Positions 41,343 to 50,067 of a stretch of 64,000 nt of DNA are shown here, piece by piece (positions within the stretch are counted from its first letter, which is position 1; every line of letters starts with the position of its first letter). Source of the stretch: an uncultured Aliarcobacter sp. (GTDB lineage Bacteria; Campylobacterota; Campylobacteria; Campylobacterales; Arcobacteraceae). The stretch is from NCBI GenBank assembly GCA_963677435.1, contig OY781945.1:2816001-2880000 (forward strand), read 5' to 3'. A program made the translations under genes and the position numbers. The notes under the pieces were generated by a model, which worked only from the letters and a program-made list of their open reading frames with translations, was not told where the DNA came from and did no database searches.

Positions 41343-41468
41343 ATGACTTTCGCAATTATTCAATTAACAGATAATCAAGCTCTTAACTATTTCTTTAGCT
41401 TTCCAATTTATGTAATGTTTACAACATTGCCATTTATTGCATTATTAACTTTGTTTAGAAAGATTTAA
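41343..41468 (+). CDS. 41-aa single-TM minor virion protein candidate (not in ORF track)
   Basis: AAGGTTTAAAA-ATG; MTFAIIQLTDNQALNYFFSFPIYVMFTTLPFIALLTLFRKI*; fills the gap before the pIII-like gene. Confidence 0.65.
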   Translation: MTFAIIQLTDNQALNYFFSFPIYVMFTTLPFIALLTLFRKI

Positions 41469-41469
41469 A

Positions 41470-43026
41470 ATGAAAAAAATATTATTTATATTAGTTTTAA
41501 TTTATAGTTATTCTAATGCTACTTACATTTCTTATGAGAATGCCTTTAGAACTTATTTTAATGTTTATACTTATACGACACAAAGTGGTGGGAATGGTTA
41601 TTCTGGCGATGGTTTTGATTCTCAATATTTATCATCGGGTTATATGATATTACATAAAGGTTCAAAACGATTTTTTTTTAATGTTAACTCTCCAAAACAA
41701 TCAAATACTTGTAGTAAGAATGTTGAACTTTTACAGGATGGTGTTTTAACTTGTTCTAATGGTATTTATAACGTAGTTCCTAATCCTGAAAATGGAACTT
41801 TTGGAGAAGACGGCAATTTAAATTGTAATAGTGGTTATTCTGCTACTGGAATTTCTGCGGGGATTCCTGCTTGTATGCCAAATCCTGAAAATGGAACTTG
41901 GGATGATAATGATGATTTAGTTTGTAATGAAGGTTATGCTAAAAATAATGATAACAATACTTGTGAGCCGTCTAGTGGCAATAATACGGGTGGTGTTGAT
42001 ACTAATCCAAACAACACTTGGCAAAATGCTTTAGATGAAGCTAAAGCAAACGGTACTTATTCGGTTTCTGATAATGGTACTCAAAACTTTACAGTTGGGG
42101 GCAATAATTATAGTTTAACTTCTGACGGTATATTGACAACAACTTATCCAGATGGTACTAGTTCAGTTCAGCAAGTTGATTTTTCTGGTGGTTCTGGTTC
42201 TTCTGGTGGTTCAACTGGTGGTGGAACTGGCACTTCAACTGGTGGAACTGGTGGAAATACAACAAACGAAAATAATACAACTCCCCCAACTGATACACCA
42301 ATCGATAATACTCCCGTAGCAAATAGTTGTAATGATTCAGGTTTAACTTTACAAGAAAAAATGCTTTGCGAACTTAATGCAGGAATGAAAAAGCAAAATT
42401 CTGAGAATGCCCCTGAAAATTCATTAAATCAACTTTTAAAAGATTTAAAAACAAGTAATCAAACTGATAACACTGCTTTAAATACAAATGTTAAAGAAGG
42501 AAATAAAATACTTGAGGGTCTTAAATCACTTTCAGAAAATCAACTTAATAAACAAACTCAAGCAAATGCAACGTTAGAAAAAATTAATGATAGTGCAAAT
42601 GCAACTGAACTTTACACAAAAGTTATGAATGAAAGTATGAATAAAATTATAGGCGATGATTCAACTGAAACTCCTGATTTATCTGGTTTAAAAGACTCTA
42701 GTTCTTGGATAAATGGTGTATTTACTCAATATCAAACTTTTTATAATAATATTAAAGATTCTGGGGACTCTTTTACTACTTTTGCAAATGGTGCAAAAGA
42801 TACCATAGAACAAGGTTTTACTTTTAATTTATCATCTTCACAATTGGTTAATTGTCCTTTAGATTATGTTATTGACTTAAGCTCATTGGGTCAAGAAAGT
42901 ATAAATATTAATGTAGATTTTTGTGAGCAAACTTCTAAATTAAGACCTTATTTATATCCTTTTATATTAATAATTTTATTCATATCAATTATATTTTTTA
43001 CTATATCTTTTATTAGGGGCTTATAA
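41470..43026 (+). CDS. Attachment protein (pIII-like)
   Basis: Signal peptide, Cys-rich repeats (PNPENGT x2), Gly/Ser/Thr linker GGSGSSGGSTGGGTGTSTGGTGG, C-terminal Cys pair and TM anchor. Confidence 0.8.
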   Translation: MKKILFILVLIYSYSNATYISYENAFRTYFNVYTYTTQSGGNGYSGDGFDSQYLSSGYMILHKGSKRFFFNVNSPKQSNTCSKNVELLQDGVLTCSNGIYNVVPNPENGTFGEDGNLNCNSGYSATGISAGIPACMPNPENGTWDDNDDLVCNEGYAKNNDNNTCEPSSGNNTGGVDTNPNNTWQNALDEAKANGTYSVSDNGTQNFTVGGNNYSLTSDGILTTTYPDGTSSVQQVDFSGGSGSSGGSTGGGTGTSTGGTGGNTTNENNTTPPTDTPIDNTPVANSCNDSGLTLQEKMLCELNAGMKKQNSENAPENSLNQLLKDLKTSNQTDNTALNTNVKEGNKILEGLKSLSENQLNKQTQANATLEKINDSANATELYTKVMNESMNKIIGDDSTETPDLSGLKDSSSWINGVFTQYQTFYNNIKDSGDSFTTFANGAKDTIEQGFTFNLSSSQLVNCPLDYVIDLSSLGQESININVDFCEQTSKLRPYLYPFILIILFISIIFFTISFIRGL

Positions 43027-43457
43027 TGGTTAAGGCTGTATTATGGTTTTTTTCTGGTGTTGGTTTTTTATCTGAATATATTGTCCGACTCGGAAAAGCT
43101 TTTTTTGTAAGTGGTGCTGTTCTTTCTATGCAGTTTATGGTAGTTGGTGCTTTAGTATCTGTAAGAATTTCTTATTTAATTACTATAGTTACTATTGTAT
43201 TATGGATATATAATAGAGCTGTTGAATTATTTCAATTAATAAACTCTACTTATGCAGATACTTTCTTATATTTACCTATTTCTATTTTACAATCAATCGG
43301 TTTTATTGATGCACTTGTTTTAATGTTTTCTAGCTTTTCTTATATCTTTGTTGCTTTACTTACTTTGTTTATCTCAAAATTCGTTTTAAATTCTGTTCAA
43401 TCAATTTCAGATGAATATTTTAAAATCGCTGTATTAATTAACTTAGGTGTTAAGTAA
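43026..43457 (+). CDS. Hydrophobic minor coat protein (pVI-like)
   Basis: Very hydrophobic 143-aa ORF between pIII-like and pI-like genes; TAATG overlaps at both ends. Confidence 0.7.
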   Translation: MVKAVLWFFSGVGFLSEYIVRLGKAFFVSGAVLSMQFMVVGALVSVRISYLITIVTIVLWIYNRAVELFQLINSTYADTFLYLPISILQSIGFIDALVLMFSSFSYIFVALLTLFISKFVLNSVQSISDEYFKIAVLINLGVK

Positions 43458-44665
43458 TGGCTATTAAGTATTACACTGGTGTTCCAAGAAGTGGAAAAAC
43501 ATATAAAGCTATGGTTTTGCTTTATTATACATTTGTTAAACCTAGATATAAAACATATATTAAATATCGTGATTATTTTTTAAATGATAATGAAGTTATT
43601 ATTAGTGAAAAGCCTTTTTTTCTTTTTAAAATTTATAAAATACAAACTATTGATTTTATAAACGCATATACAAATATAAATCAATTTGATTTTTCTGTAT
43701 CTCCTAATATATTACAATTAGATTTTAATGATTTGTACAATAAATTAAAAATCTTACATAATTTATATTTATTAAAAAAGCCTGATTCTGAATTAATTAA
43801 TAAAGCTATTGAATTAAATATTTTTAGAACACTTTTTGTTATGGATGAATGTCATAATTTTTTAAGAGCAAAAGAAGATGCTGTTCTTGTTTGGTGGTTT
43901 ACATATCATGCACATTTACACCATGAACTTATATTAATTACGCAAGATTTATCTTTAGTAAATACAGAATATAAAAGAGTAGCAGAATATTTTTATCGTG
44001 CTATTCCCTCTCGTTTTAGAATGTCAAAAAACACTTTTAAATATATTCAATATTCTACAGCTGGAATGTATGAAAAAGATAAAATTGGTGTTGATACAGT
44101 AAGAGCAGATAAAAATATATTTTCATTGTATGTGAGTGGTTCAGATTCAAACGGAAAATCTATTTTACATAAATATTTATTCATGGCTTTAGTTGCTCTT
44201 ATTGCTTGTTTCGTGTCTGTTTATTCTTTGATGTCTTCTATTGCTCCAGTTGATGAAGAAACAAAAGATAATGCAGTTGCACAAAATGAAATTCAAACTA
44301 CTCAATCTACTAATAATCCAAAAAATGAAACTTCAACACCTGGGCAAATTCAAAACTTAGAAACTCCATTAACTCCAGTTCCTGAAGATACAACAAATTT
44401 AAAATTATTTAAATTTAATTGCTTTGACACATTGTGTTATTTTCAATTTGATAATAAATCTACTTTAGAAATTCCTCAAAATATCTTAAAAGTTTATTTA
44501 TTAGATATTGAAGATGACAAAAAATATATAGAACTTAAAAACAATAGATTATCAATCTATGTTCTAACACCAGAATCAAAATTTAATTTTATAAAAGAAA
44601 GAGGTAACGAAAATGAAAAAACTAAAAATGAAAATTCTAGTTTTATTCCTAGTATTTCTAAATAA
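43457..44665 (+). CDS. zot: Zot/pI-family phage morphogenesis ATPase
   Basis: N-terminal Walker A YTGVPRSGKT, Walker B LFVMDECH, LITQD, then one TM and a periplasmic tail. Confidence 0.92.
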   Translation: MAIKYYTGVPRSGKTYKAMVLLYYTFVKPRYKTYIKYRDYFLNDNEVIISEKPFFLFKIYKIQTIDFINAYTNINQFDFSVSPNILQLDFNDLYNKLKILHNLYLLKKPDSELINKAIELNIFRTLFVMDECHNFLRAKEDAVLVWWFTYHAHLHHELILITQDLSLVNTEYKRVAEYFYRAIPSRFRMSKNTFKYIQYSTAGMYEKDKIGVDTVRADKNIFSLYVSGSDSNGKSILHKYLFMALVALIACFVSVYSLMSSIAPVDEETKDNAVAQNEIQTTQSTNNPKNETSTPGQIQNLETPLTPVPEDTTNLKLFKFNCFDTLCYFQFDNKSTLEIPQNILKVYLLDIEDDKKYIELKNNRLSIYVLTPESKFNFIKERGNENEKTKNENSSFIPSISK

Positions 44666-45821
44666 TCTTTATTCAGAAACATTAGAAATAAACTTGTCTA
44701 CTTTTGCAACTTATGCAAGTGAAGCAAATAATATAAATATACTAATTGATGATGATTTAAAAAATCAAAATATTATCTTTATTATAAACGATAAAGACTC
44801 TTATATGTTAGAAGCTTTCAGAAAAGCAGTTAATTTGAAAGGTCTTGAATTGGTTAAAACTGAAGAGTTTTATTATGTTAGAAAAAAAGATTTATACTTA
44901 GAAGATGACAAATATCGAATTATAAAGCTTAATTTTGTAAAGTATGAAGATATAGCAAATTTTTTAAAAGTGTATGAAGATAAAATCAAATATGAGTTTA
45001 TATCTACTTCAAAAACACTATTAATAAAATCAAAAGAGAGTGAGTTTATTAGTATTAGAGATATGATAAATTCTATTGATGTGTTGCCAAAACAATTAAA
45101 ATTAAAAGTCACAATTCTTGAAACGAATTTGGATAAATTAAAAGAGTTAGGCTCTAATACTTCTAGTATTAATTTACAAAATGATGGTAACTTCTTTTTT
45201 AATTTAGTTTCTTATCCATTTTCAGTTAATAATAATGTTTTACCAAGTCAAAAAGATAACTTCTATACTTTCTTAAAATATTTAAATTCAACTGGAACAA
45301 GTGAATTTATATCTAATCCCGTTTTAACTCTTTCAGATGAAAAAGAAACTATCTTTAATGTAGTTTCTAATGTTCCTTATCAAATGGGAACAACAACAAT
45401 TAATGATACAGCTCTGCGAACTTCTAATTCCTATGAATATAAAGACATAGGTTTACAAATTACTGTTACACCACATATCTATGAAGATAATGAAGTGTAT
45501 TTGGATTTAGAATTAAATGTATCAAATATTCTTTCTAATACAGATAATTTACCTATAACATCGAAAAAATATATTAAGCAATCTTTTCAACTTCCAGTTA
45601 ATAAATTGTTGGTTCTTACGGGAATAAATAAAAAAGAATTAATTACATCTCAAAATGAAATTCCAGTTCTTGCAGATATTCCTTTTTTAGGTTGGCTTTT
45701 CAAATATGATTCAAAACAAGATAATAGAAATAATTTATCTATAGTTTTTGAAATTATAAATGAAAAAGATTTTGATACAAAAAACTTTAATGTTTTAGTT
45801 CCAAATAAGATAGAAGGCTAG
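44613..45821 (+). CDS. Secretin (pIV/GspD family)
   Basis: Signal peptide; VPY..DIGLQITVTPHI, IPVLADIPFLGWLFK secretin signature. Confidence 0.92.
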   Translation: MKKLKMKILVLFLVFLNNLYSETLEINLSTFATYASEANNINILIDDDLKNQNIIFIINDKDSYMLEAFRKAVNLKGLELVKTEEFYYVRKKDLYLEDDKYRIIKLNFVKYEDIANFLKVYEDKIKYEFISTSKTLLIKSKESEFISIRDMINSIDVLPKQLKLKVTILETNLDKLKELGSNTSSINLQNDGNFFFNLVSYPFSVNNNVLPSQKDNFYTFLKYLNSTGTSEFISNPVLTLSDEKETIFNVVSNVPYQMGTTTINDTALRTSNSYEYKDIGLQITVTPHIYEDNEVYLDLELNVSNILSNTDNLPITSKKYIKQSFQLPVNKLLVLTGINKKELITSQNEIPVLADIPFLGWLFKYDSKQDNRNNLSIVFEIINEKDFDTKNFNVLVPNKIEG

Positions 45822-45824
45822 AAA

Positions 45825-45989
45825 ATGAAAATTATATTCTATGTTTTAAATGTTTTTTTAAAATTACTTATATTCCCAATCGCATGGTTAATCGTTGGTT
45901 TTATCCTTTATATTTATTTTCTTTTTAAATTTCAAGATTTTGTGATTAATTTTGATGTTGAACTTACTGAATTTGATTTTGAAGATTAA
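45825..45989 (+). CDS. 54-aa membrane protein with acidic tail (not in ORF track)
   Basis: AAGGCTAGAAA-ATG; MKIIFYVLNVFLKLLIFPIAWLIVGFILYIYFLFKFQDFVINFDVELTEFDFED*. Confidence 0.55.
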   Translation: MKIIFYVLNVFLKLLIFPIAWLIVGFILYIYFLFKFQDFVINFDVELTEFDFED

Positions 45990-46016
45990 AACAAAATATT
46001 ATTAAAAAGGCTAAAA

Positions 46017-46259
46017 ATGAACATAAATAAAAGAATAGAAGAGTTAAACACTAATTTAGTTCTTCAAGAAACAAAGATATATCTATGTCTCGATGATATT
46101 AAATCTAATTTCCTAAAAATGGATAATCAGTCACTTTCAGATTTTAGAAAATTTTTAAATCGTTTGCAATATTTAAAAAATGAGTATAACGCGATATATG
46201 TCCAATTAAGTACCTTTACGGCTTATAAATCAACTACTTTTCCCTCCAAAAAAAAATAG
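46017..46259 (+). CDS. Phage hypothetical helical protein
   Basis: 80-aa ORF after AAAAGG RBS. Confidence 0.6.
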   Translation: MNINKRIEELNTNLVLQETKIYLCLDDIKSNFLKMDNQSLSDFRKFLNRLQYLKNEYNAIYVQLSTFTAYKSTTFPSKKK

Positions 46260-46865
46260 TTGATTTTTGGTACTTTAATTTTATACCAAGCTTAATTTTA
46301 ATGGAAGCTCAAATCTCCATCAGGATTAATTTTTTTTTTGCTTTGCTTCTTTGGCGAAAAGAAGAGAAATGAAGAGAATAAGAAAAATTTATAGTTATTC
46401 GTTTATATTTTAAAATACTTAAAGAATTTAAAAAGGTACGTTTAAATTTTTTCAGTCTTTTCAAAATATAAAAACTTTATTTAAACTTAAAAAAAGGTAC
46501 GTTTTTAATTTTAAATACAGTTTAGAATAACCCCCAATGGCACTATATAAAGCCATCGGCAAGAGTTAGGGATTCAGAGCGAATAGCCTAATAGTACGCA
46601 GTTATTAGCCCCTTGTGGGTCAAAGCCCGACCCGTAGGGTAACTCCCGTATTTAAAAGAATAATAAGACCAACGGGAAATTTAATACAAGAAAAAGAGAT
46701 AGTAGCAACGGTAAGAACTGGGATAAATTTAAACCCTCATTCAAACCATTTAAAGGGGAATATAGAGAAACGATTGAGCGAGCGTGAGCGAGCGATTGAG
46801 TTTCCTTGATTACTTTTAAAAAAGTTACTACACCCAAAAAATAAAACATAAGAGGTAACACGAAA
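46260..46865. other. Phage intergenic origin/packaging region
   Basis: ~600 bp without a credible gene, many hairpins, a GC-richer patch at 46531-46680, GAGCGAGCG repeats and a CTTGATTA nick-site-like motif (46805-46812) just upstream of rep. Confidence 0.7.
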
Positions 46866-48206
46866 ATGTATGGAATAACAAAATTAGATATAGAATTTTT
46901 AGACACAAAAGTTAAAAATCAAAAACAATGGATGTTAGACAATCTTTCGGATTTTGATTTCGGTGAAAATAAAACAGCTTTAGATTTTACTTACTCAGCA
47001 AATTTAAATCCAGAAAAATATTTTGCAGAAATGAATAATCGAATAAATTCAATTTTTGATTATGCAAAAGAATTAAAACTTTATCCAGTTTTTGTGACTC
47101 TTACAGCTCCATCAGAATTTCATAAAAAAGATAGAACTGGTAATTTAAAAATCAATCCAAACGAAACTGCTAAGATATTTACAAAAGTTTGGAATAAATT
47201 TACAAATTTACAAATTTTTCAAAGACTTAGAAAATCTACTGGCGAATCTCTAATGTATTTTAGAGTTTATGAACCGCATAAGTCATCTGTTCCACATATG
47301 CATGCTATGTTGTTTCTTCCTAAAGATTTAATTCTTGATGTAAAAAAGAAGTTTTATGAATATTTCACTACTAAGGCAACTTATACTATTCAAGATAAAA
47401 ATACATTAATATTCAGAAAAAAGTTATGGGATAACAATCGAAAATCAATAGATTTCAAATACACTTGGTATAACTCTGCAGGTGGTGCAGTTGCTTATAT
47501 TATGAAATATGTAACAAAAACTTTTAAAAATACAAATGATAAATCAATTCAATATGCTTCATATTGGTACATGAAACACAACATAAGAAGATTTTTATGT
47601 TCTCGTAATCTTAGATTACCAATTACAGTTTATAGAAAAATCAGATATTTTTTTTCAAATAAATCTTCATATCTTGATATTGCAAAAGAATATAAAGATA
47701 ATAATTCTATTCATAGAATTTTTAATGATAATACATACTCTTACATGAAATATAATATCGACACACAACAAGTAGATGAAGTAATCCTATGGGAAAAAAA
47801 TGCTGAATCAGTTATCCATAAAAGAATTAAATCTAATCAAACATTTAAACTTTTATACAAAAAACATGAATATAAAAAGGCTCTTGATGTTTATATTAAT
47901 GAATTTGAAAAATATACTTTTTCAGATACACAAAATAAATTTATATTACTTCCTATAGTTGCCTCAAAATTAAAAGATTATCAACTTGAAAAATACTTCT
48001 TTGAATTAAATCAAGATTCTAGTTTATCAGATACTTTACATTTTAAAATCGCAAAAAATGAAATGATTAAAAGAGGTTTTTTAATTGAAACATTAGAAAA
48101 ATTAACAGATTTTGAATATACAGAAAAAGAGGAATATATCGACCTAGAAACGGGCGAATATAAATACATCAATGTTGTTAAAACAGCTTTACAATTAGGA
48201 TTTTAA
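46866..48206 (+). CDS. HUH rolling-circle replication initiator (Rep)
   Basis: Motif I FVTLTAPS, motif II EPHKSSVPHMHAML, motif III AVAYIMKYVTK (two tyrosines). Confidence 0.9.
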   Translation: MYGITKLDIEFLDTKVKNQKQWMLDNLSDFDFGENKTALDFTYSANLNPEKYFAEMNNRINSIFDYAKELKLYPVFVTLTAPSEFHKKDRTGNLKINPNETAKIFTKVWNKFTNLQIFQRLRKSTGESLMYFRVYEPHKSSVPHMHAMLFLPKDLILDVKKKFYEYFTTKATYTIQDKNTLIFRKKLWDNNRKSIDFKYTWYNSAGGAVAYIMKYVTKTFKNTNDKSIQYASYWYMKHNIRRFLCSRNLRLPITVYRKIRYFFSNKSSYLDIAKEYKDNNSIHRIFNDNTYSYMKYNIDTQQVDEVILWEKNAESVIHKRIKSNQTFKLLYKKHEYKKALDVYINEFEKYTFSDTQNKFILLPIVASKLKDYQLEKYFFELNQDSSLSDTLHFKIAKNEMIKRGFLIETLEKLTDFEYTEKEEYIDLETGEYKYINVVKTALQLGF

Positions 48207-48208
48207 AA

Positions 48209-49327
48209 ATGAAACAATCAAAAATATTAAAAAAGTTGTTAAATAATACAACTATTACAGATAAAACAATATTCGTAATCTCTATCTCAGGTGGTAAAGA
48301 TTCAAAAGCAACTCTAATTGTTTCTTTGCCTTTATTACTTCAATATGTAAAACCTAATCAAATTAAAGTAGTTTTTTGTGATACATCTTGGGAAAAAGAT
48401 GAAACTTATAATGAAATTGATTCTATAAATAATAATTTAAAAGATTTGAAGATTGAATTTCTTATTCTTAAAAATGAAAATTATCCAAATGGAATGCTGG
48501 ATCTAATTAAATATAAAAAAATATTTCCCTCTCGTGATGGTAAATTTTGTACTGACCAATTAAAAATGATTCCAGCACTTGATTATTATAAAAGTCTTTC
48601 TTTAAATGGTTTTGATGTTATTACTCTTGTTGGAAAAAGAAGAGATGAAAGCAAAGAAAGAAAAGGTATTTCTGATTCTGAATTAAAAGAATTTAAAAAT
48701 TATTCTTTTCAAATCTTTCATCCAATTGCTGATTGGAATGAAACAGATGTTTATTCTCTTTTAGATGAAACTTGGGGAATTCCTCTAACATATTTTAATG
48801 GTAATCGTAGATGTGGTTGTGATGAGTGTTTTCAAGCTGATTTAAAATCAATCTCTTTAATGTCTGAAAATAGAATTAATCAAATGGAACAATTAGAAAA
48901 TGAAATATCTCAATTTCATAAAGATAAACCATATACACCAACTTTCTTTTTTAGAAGAAATAAAACATTTCCTGATGGTTTTGTACCAATAAGACAAATA
49001 GTAAATTATGCAAAAGATAAATATAATTTTAATTACTTTACTTTTCATACAAGAGCTTTAATTGCTTTAAAAAATAAAATTGGTCAAAAATCACTTAGAT
49101 ATAAATTTGTTCAGTTTGGTTATGTACCTGATAAAACAAACTTTTCAAAATATGTTAATGGACTTCTTCCAGTTCCTCAAAAGATGCAATTTGATGTTGA
49201 ATATCTAACTACAAAAATATTAAACGCAAAAGAAAGACTTGAATTACTTACTTTTCAAAAATTAGAAGATGTAGAAAAAGAAGATAACTCAATTAAGTGT
49301 GATTGTGAATCTTATAATTTGTTGTAA
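48209..49327 (+). CDS. PAPS-reductase-family (PP-loop, Fe-S) protein with probable C-terminal HTH
   Basis: SISGGKDS, VFCDTSWE, FCTDQLK, GKRRDES..R, HPIADW...DV, RCGCDEC; C-terminal GQKSL..KTNFSKYVNGLLPVP. Confidence 0.85.
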   Translation: MKQSKILKKLLNNTTITDKTIFVISISGGKDSKATLIVSLPLLLQYVKPNQIKVVFCDTSWEKDETYNEIDSINNNLKDLKIEFLILKNENYPNGMLDLIKYKKIFPSRDGKFCTDQLKMIPALDYYKSLSLNGFDVITLVGKRRDESKERKGISDSELKEFKNYSFQIFHPIADWNETDVYSLLDETWGIPLTYFNGNRRCGCDECFQADLKSISLMSENRINQMEQLENEISQFHKDKPYTPTFFFRRNKTFPDGFVPIRQIVNYAKDKYNFNYFTFHTRALIALKNKIGQKSLRYKFVQFGYVPDKTNFSKYVNGLLPVPQKMQFDVEYLTTKILNAKERLELLTFQKLEDVEKEDNSIKCDCESYNLL

Positions 49328-49360
49328 TAGATTACAACTTATTTAATATAGAGGTTAAAA

Positions 49361-49756
49361 ATGAAAAATCTAATAATAAATAAAAATGATATTGTTAAAT
49401 TCAAAAATGATTCAAAATGTTATTGTGTAGTTTCTTTTGATTTACAAGAAAATTTTGTATATGTTTTTAATGTTCACGGTTTTGTTGTTTCTGAAATAGT
49501 AGAAAATGAAAAAAATAATAAAAAATTTAAAATTAGTGATATTGATAAAATCATTTTAAAAGAATCTCAACAAAAAAAGATTGTATTTCCTGAAACAGTT
49601 GAAGATAAAATTAAATCTATAAATTTACAAATTAAAAATACTTCTTTGACTCTAACAGAAATAAAAAATTTAAAAAATAAAAAAGCTAAATTAAAAAATA
49701 AAATATCTGATAATAAAAACAATAATGTTTCTATTCTCCAATCTAGTTTATTTTAA
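49361..49756 (+). CDS. Phage hypothetical protein (beta-rich N-terminus, coiled-coil C-terminus)
   Basis: 131-aa ORF after GAGGT RBS. Confidence 0.65.
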   Translation: MKNLIINKNDIVKFKNDSKCYCVVSFDLQENFVYVFNVHGFVVSEIVENEKNNKKFKISDIDKIILKESQQKKIVFPETVEDKIKSINLQIKNTSLTLTEIKNLKNKKAKLKNKISDNKNNNVSILQSSLF

Positions 49757-50067
49757 ATTATACTTACATAACATTCTTGATATTCTCCAAAATCATATTT
49801 TGTACAATGTCCATTTACTTTATTTTTATTTTTAATTTTGTAATCATTATTTAATCTTAATGTTATTCTTCCTAATTTTTCATCTTCTATCACTACTCTT
49901 AAATGTGAGCTATATCTTGTAAAATTAAATATTTCCCCATTAATATAATAAATTTTTTGTGTATCAATAAATGTATTATTTCTTTCATGTGTTCTGTTTA
50001 CTGATGTGTGAATATATTCACTAAATGTTCCAGTTATTAATATTCCTAATATTAAAATACTTCTCAT
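49753..50067 (-). CDS. Antisense-oriented exported small protein (moron)
   Basis: AAAGGACAAGA-ATG, N-terminal signal-like peptide, C-terminal Cys pair; own TAAAAT-like -10 near 50098-50103 on the minus strand. Confidence 0.7.
   Translation of the reverse strand: MRSILILGILITGTFSEYIHTSVNRTHERNNTFIDTQKIYYINGEIFNFTRYSSHLRVVIEDEKLGRITLRLNNDYKIKNKNKVNGHCTKYDFGEYQECYVSII

Noticed and set aside
43457..44665. Zot as an enterotoxin/virulence gene
   Set aside because: Context (coat, pIII, pVI, secretin) indicates the pI assembly ATPase; nothing in the sequence supports toxin activity.
46615..46906. ORFs 46615-46809 (+) and 46652-46906 (-)
   Set aside because: No convincing RBS or protein-like features; they overlap the hairpin-rich origin and the rep start.
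48209..49327. cysH auxiliary metabolic gene for sulfate assimilation
   Set aside because: No C-terminal ECGLH motif, no CC pair, an extra HTH-like region and no cys genes nearby; a metabolic role is unsupported though not excluded.
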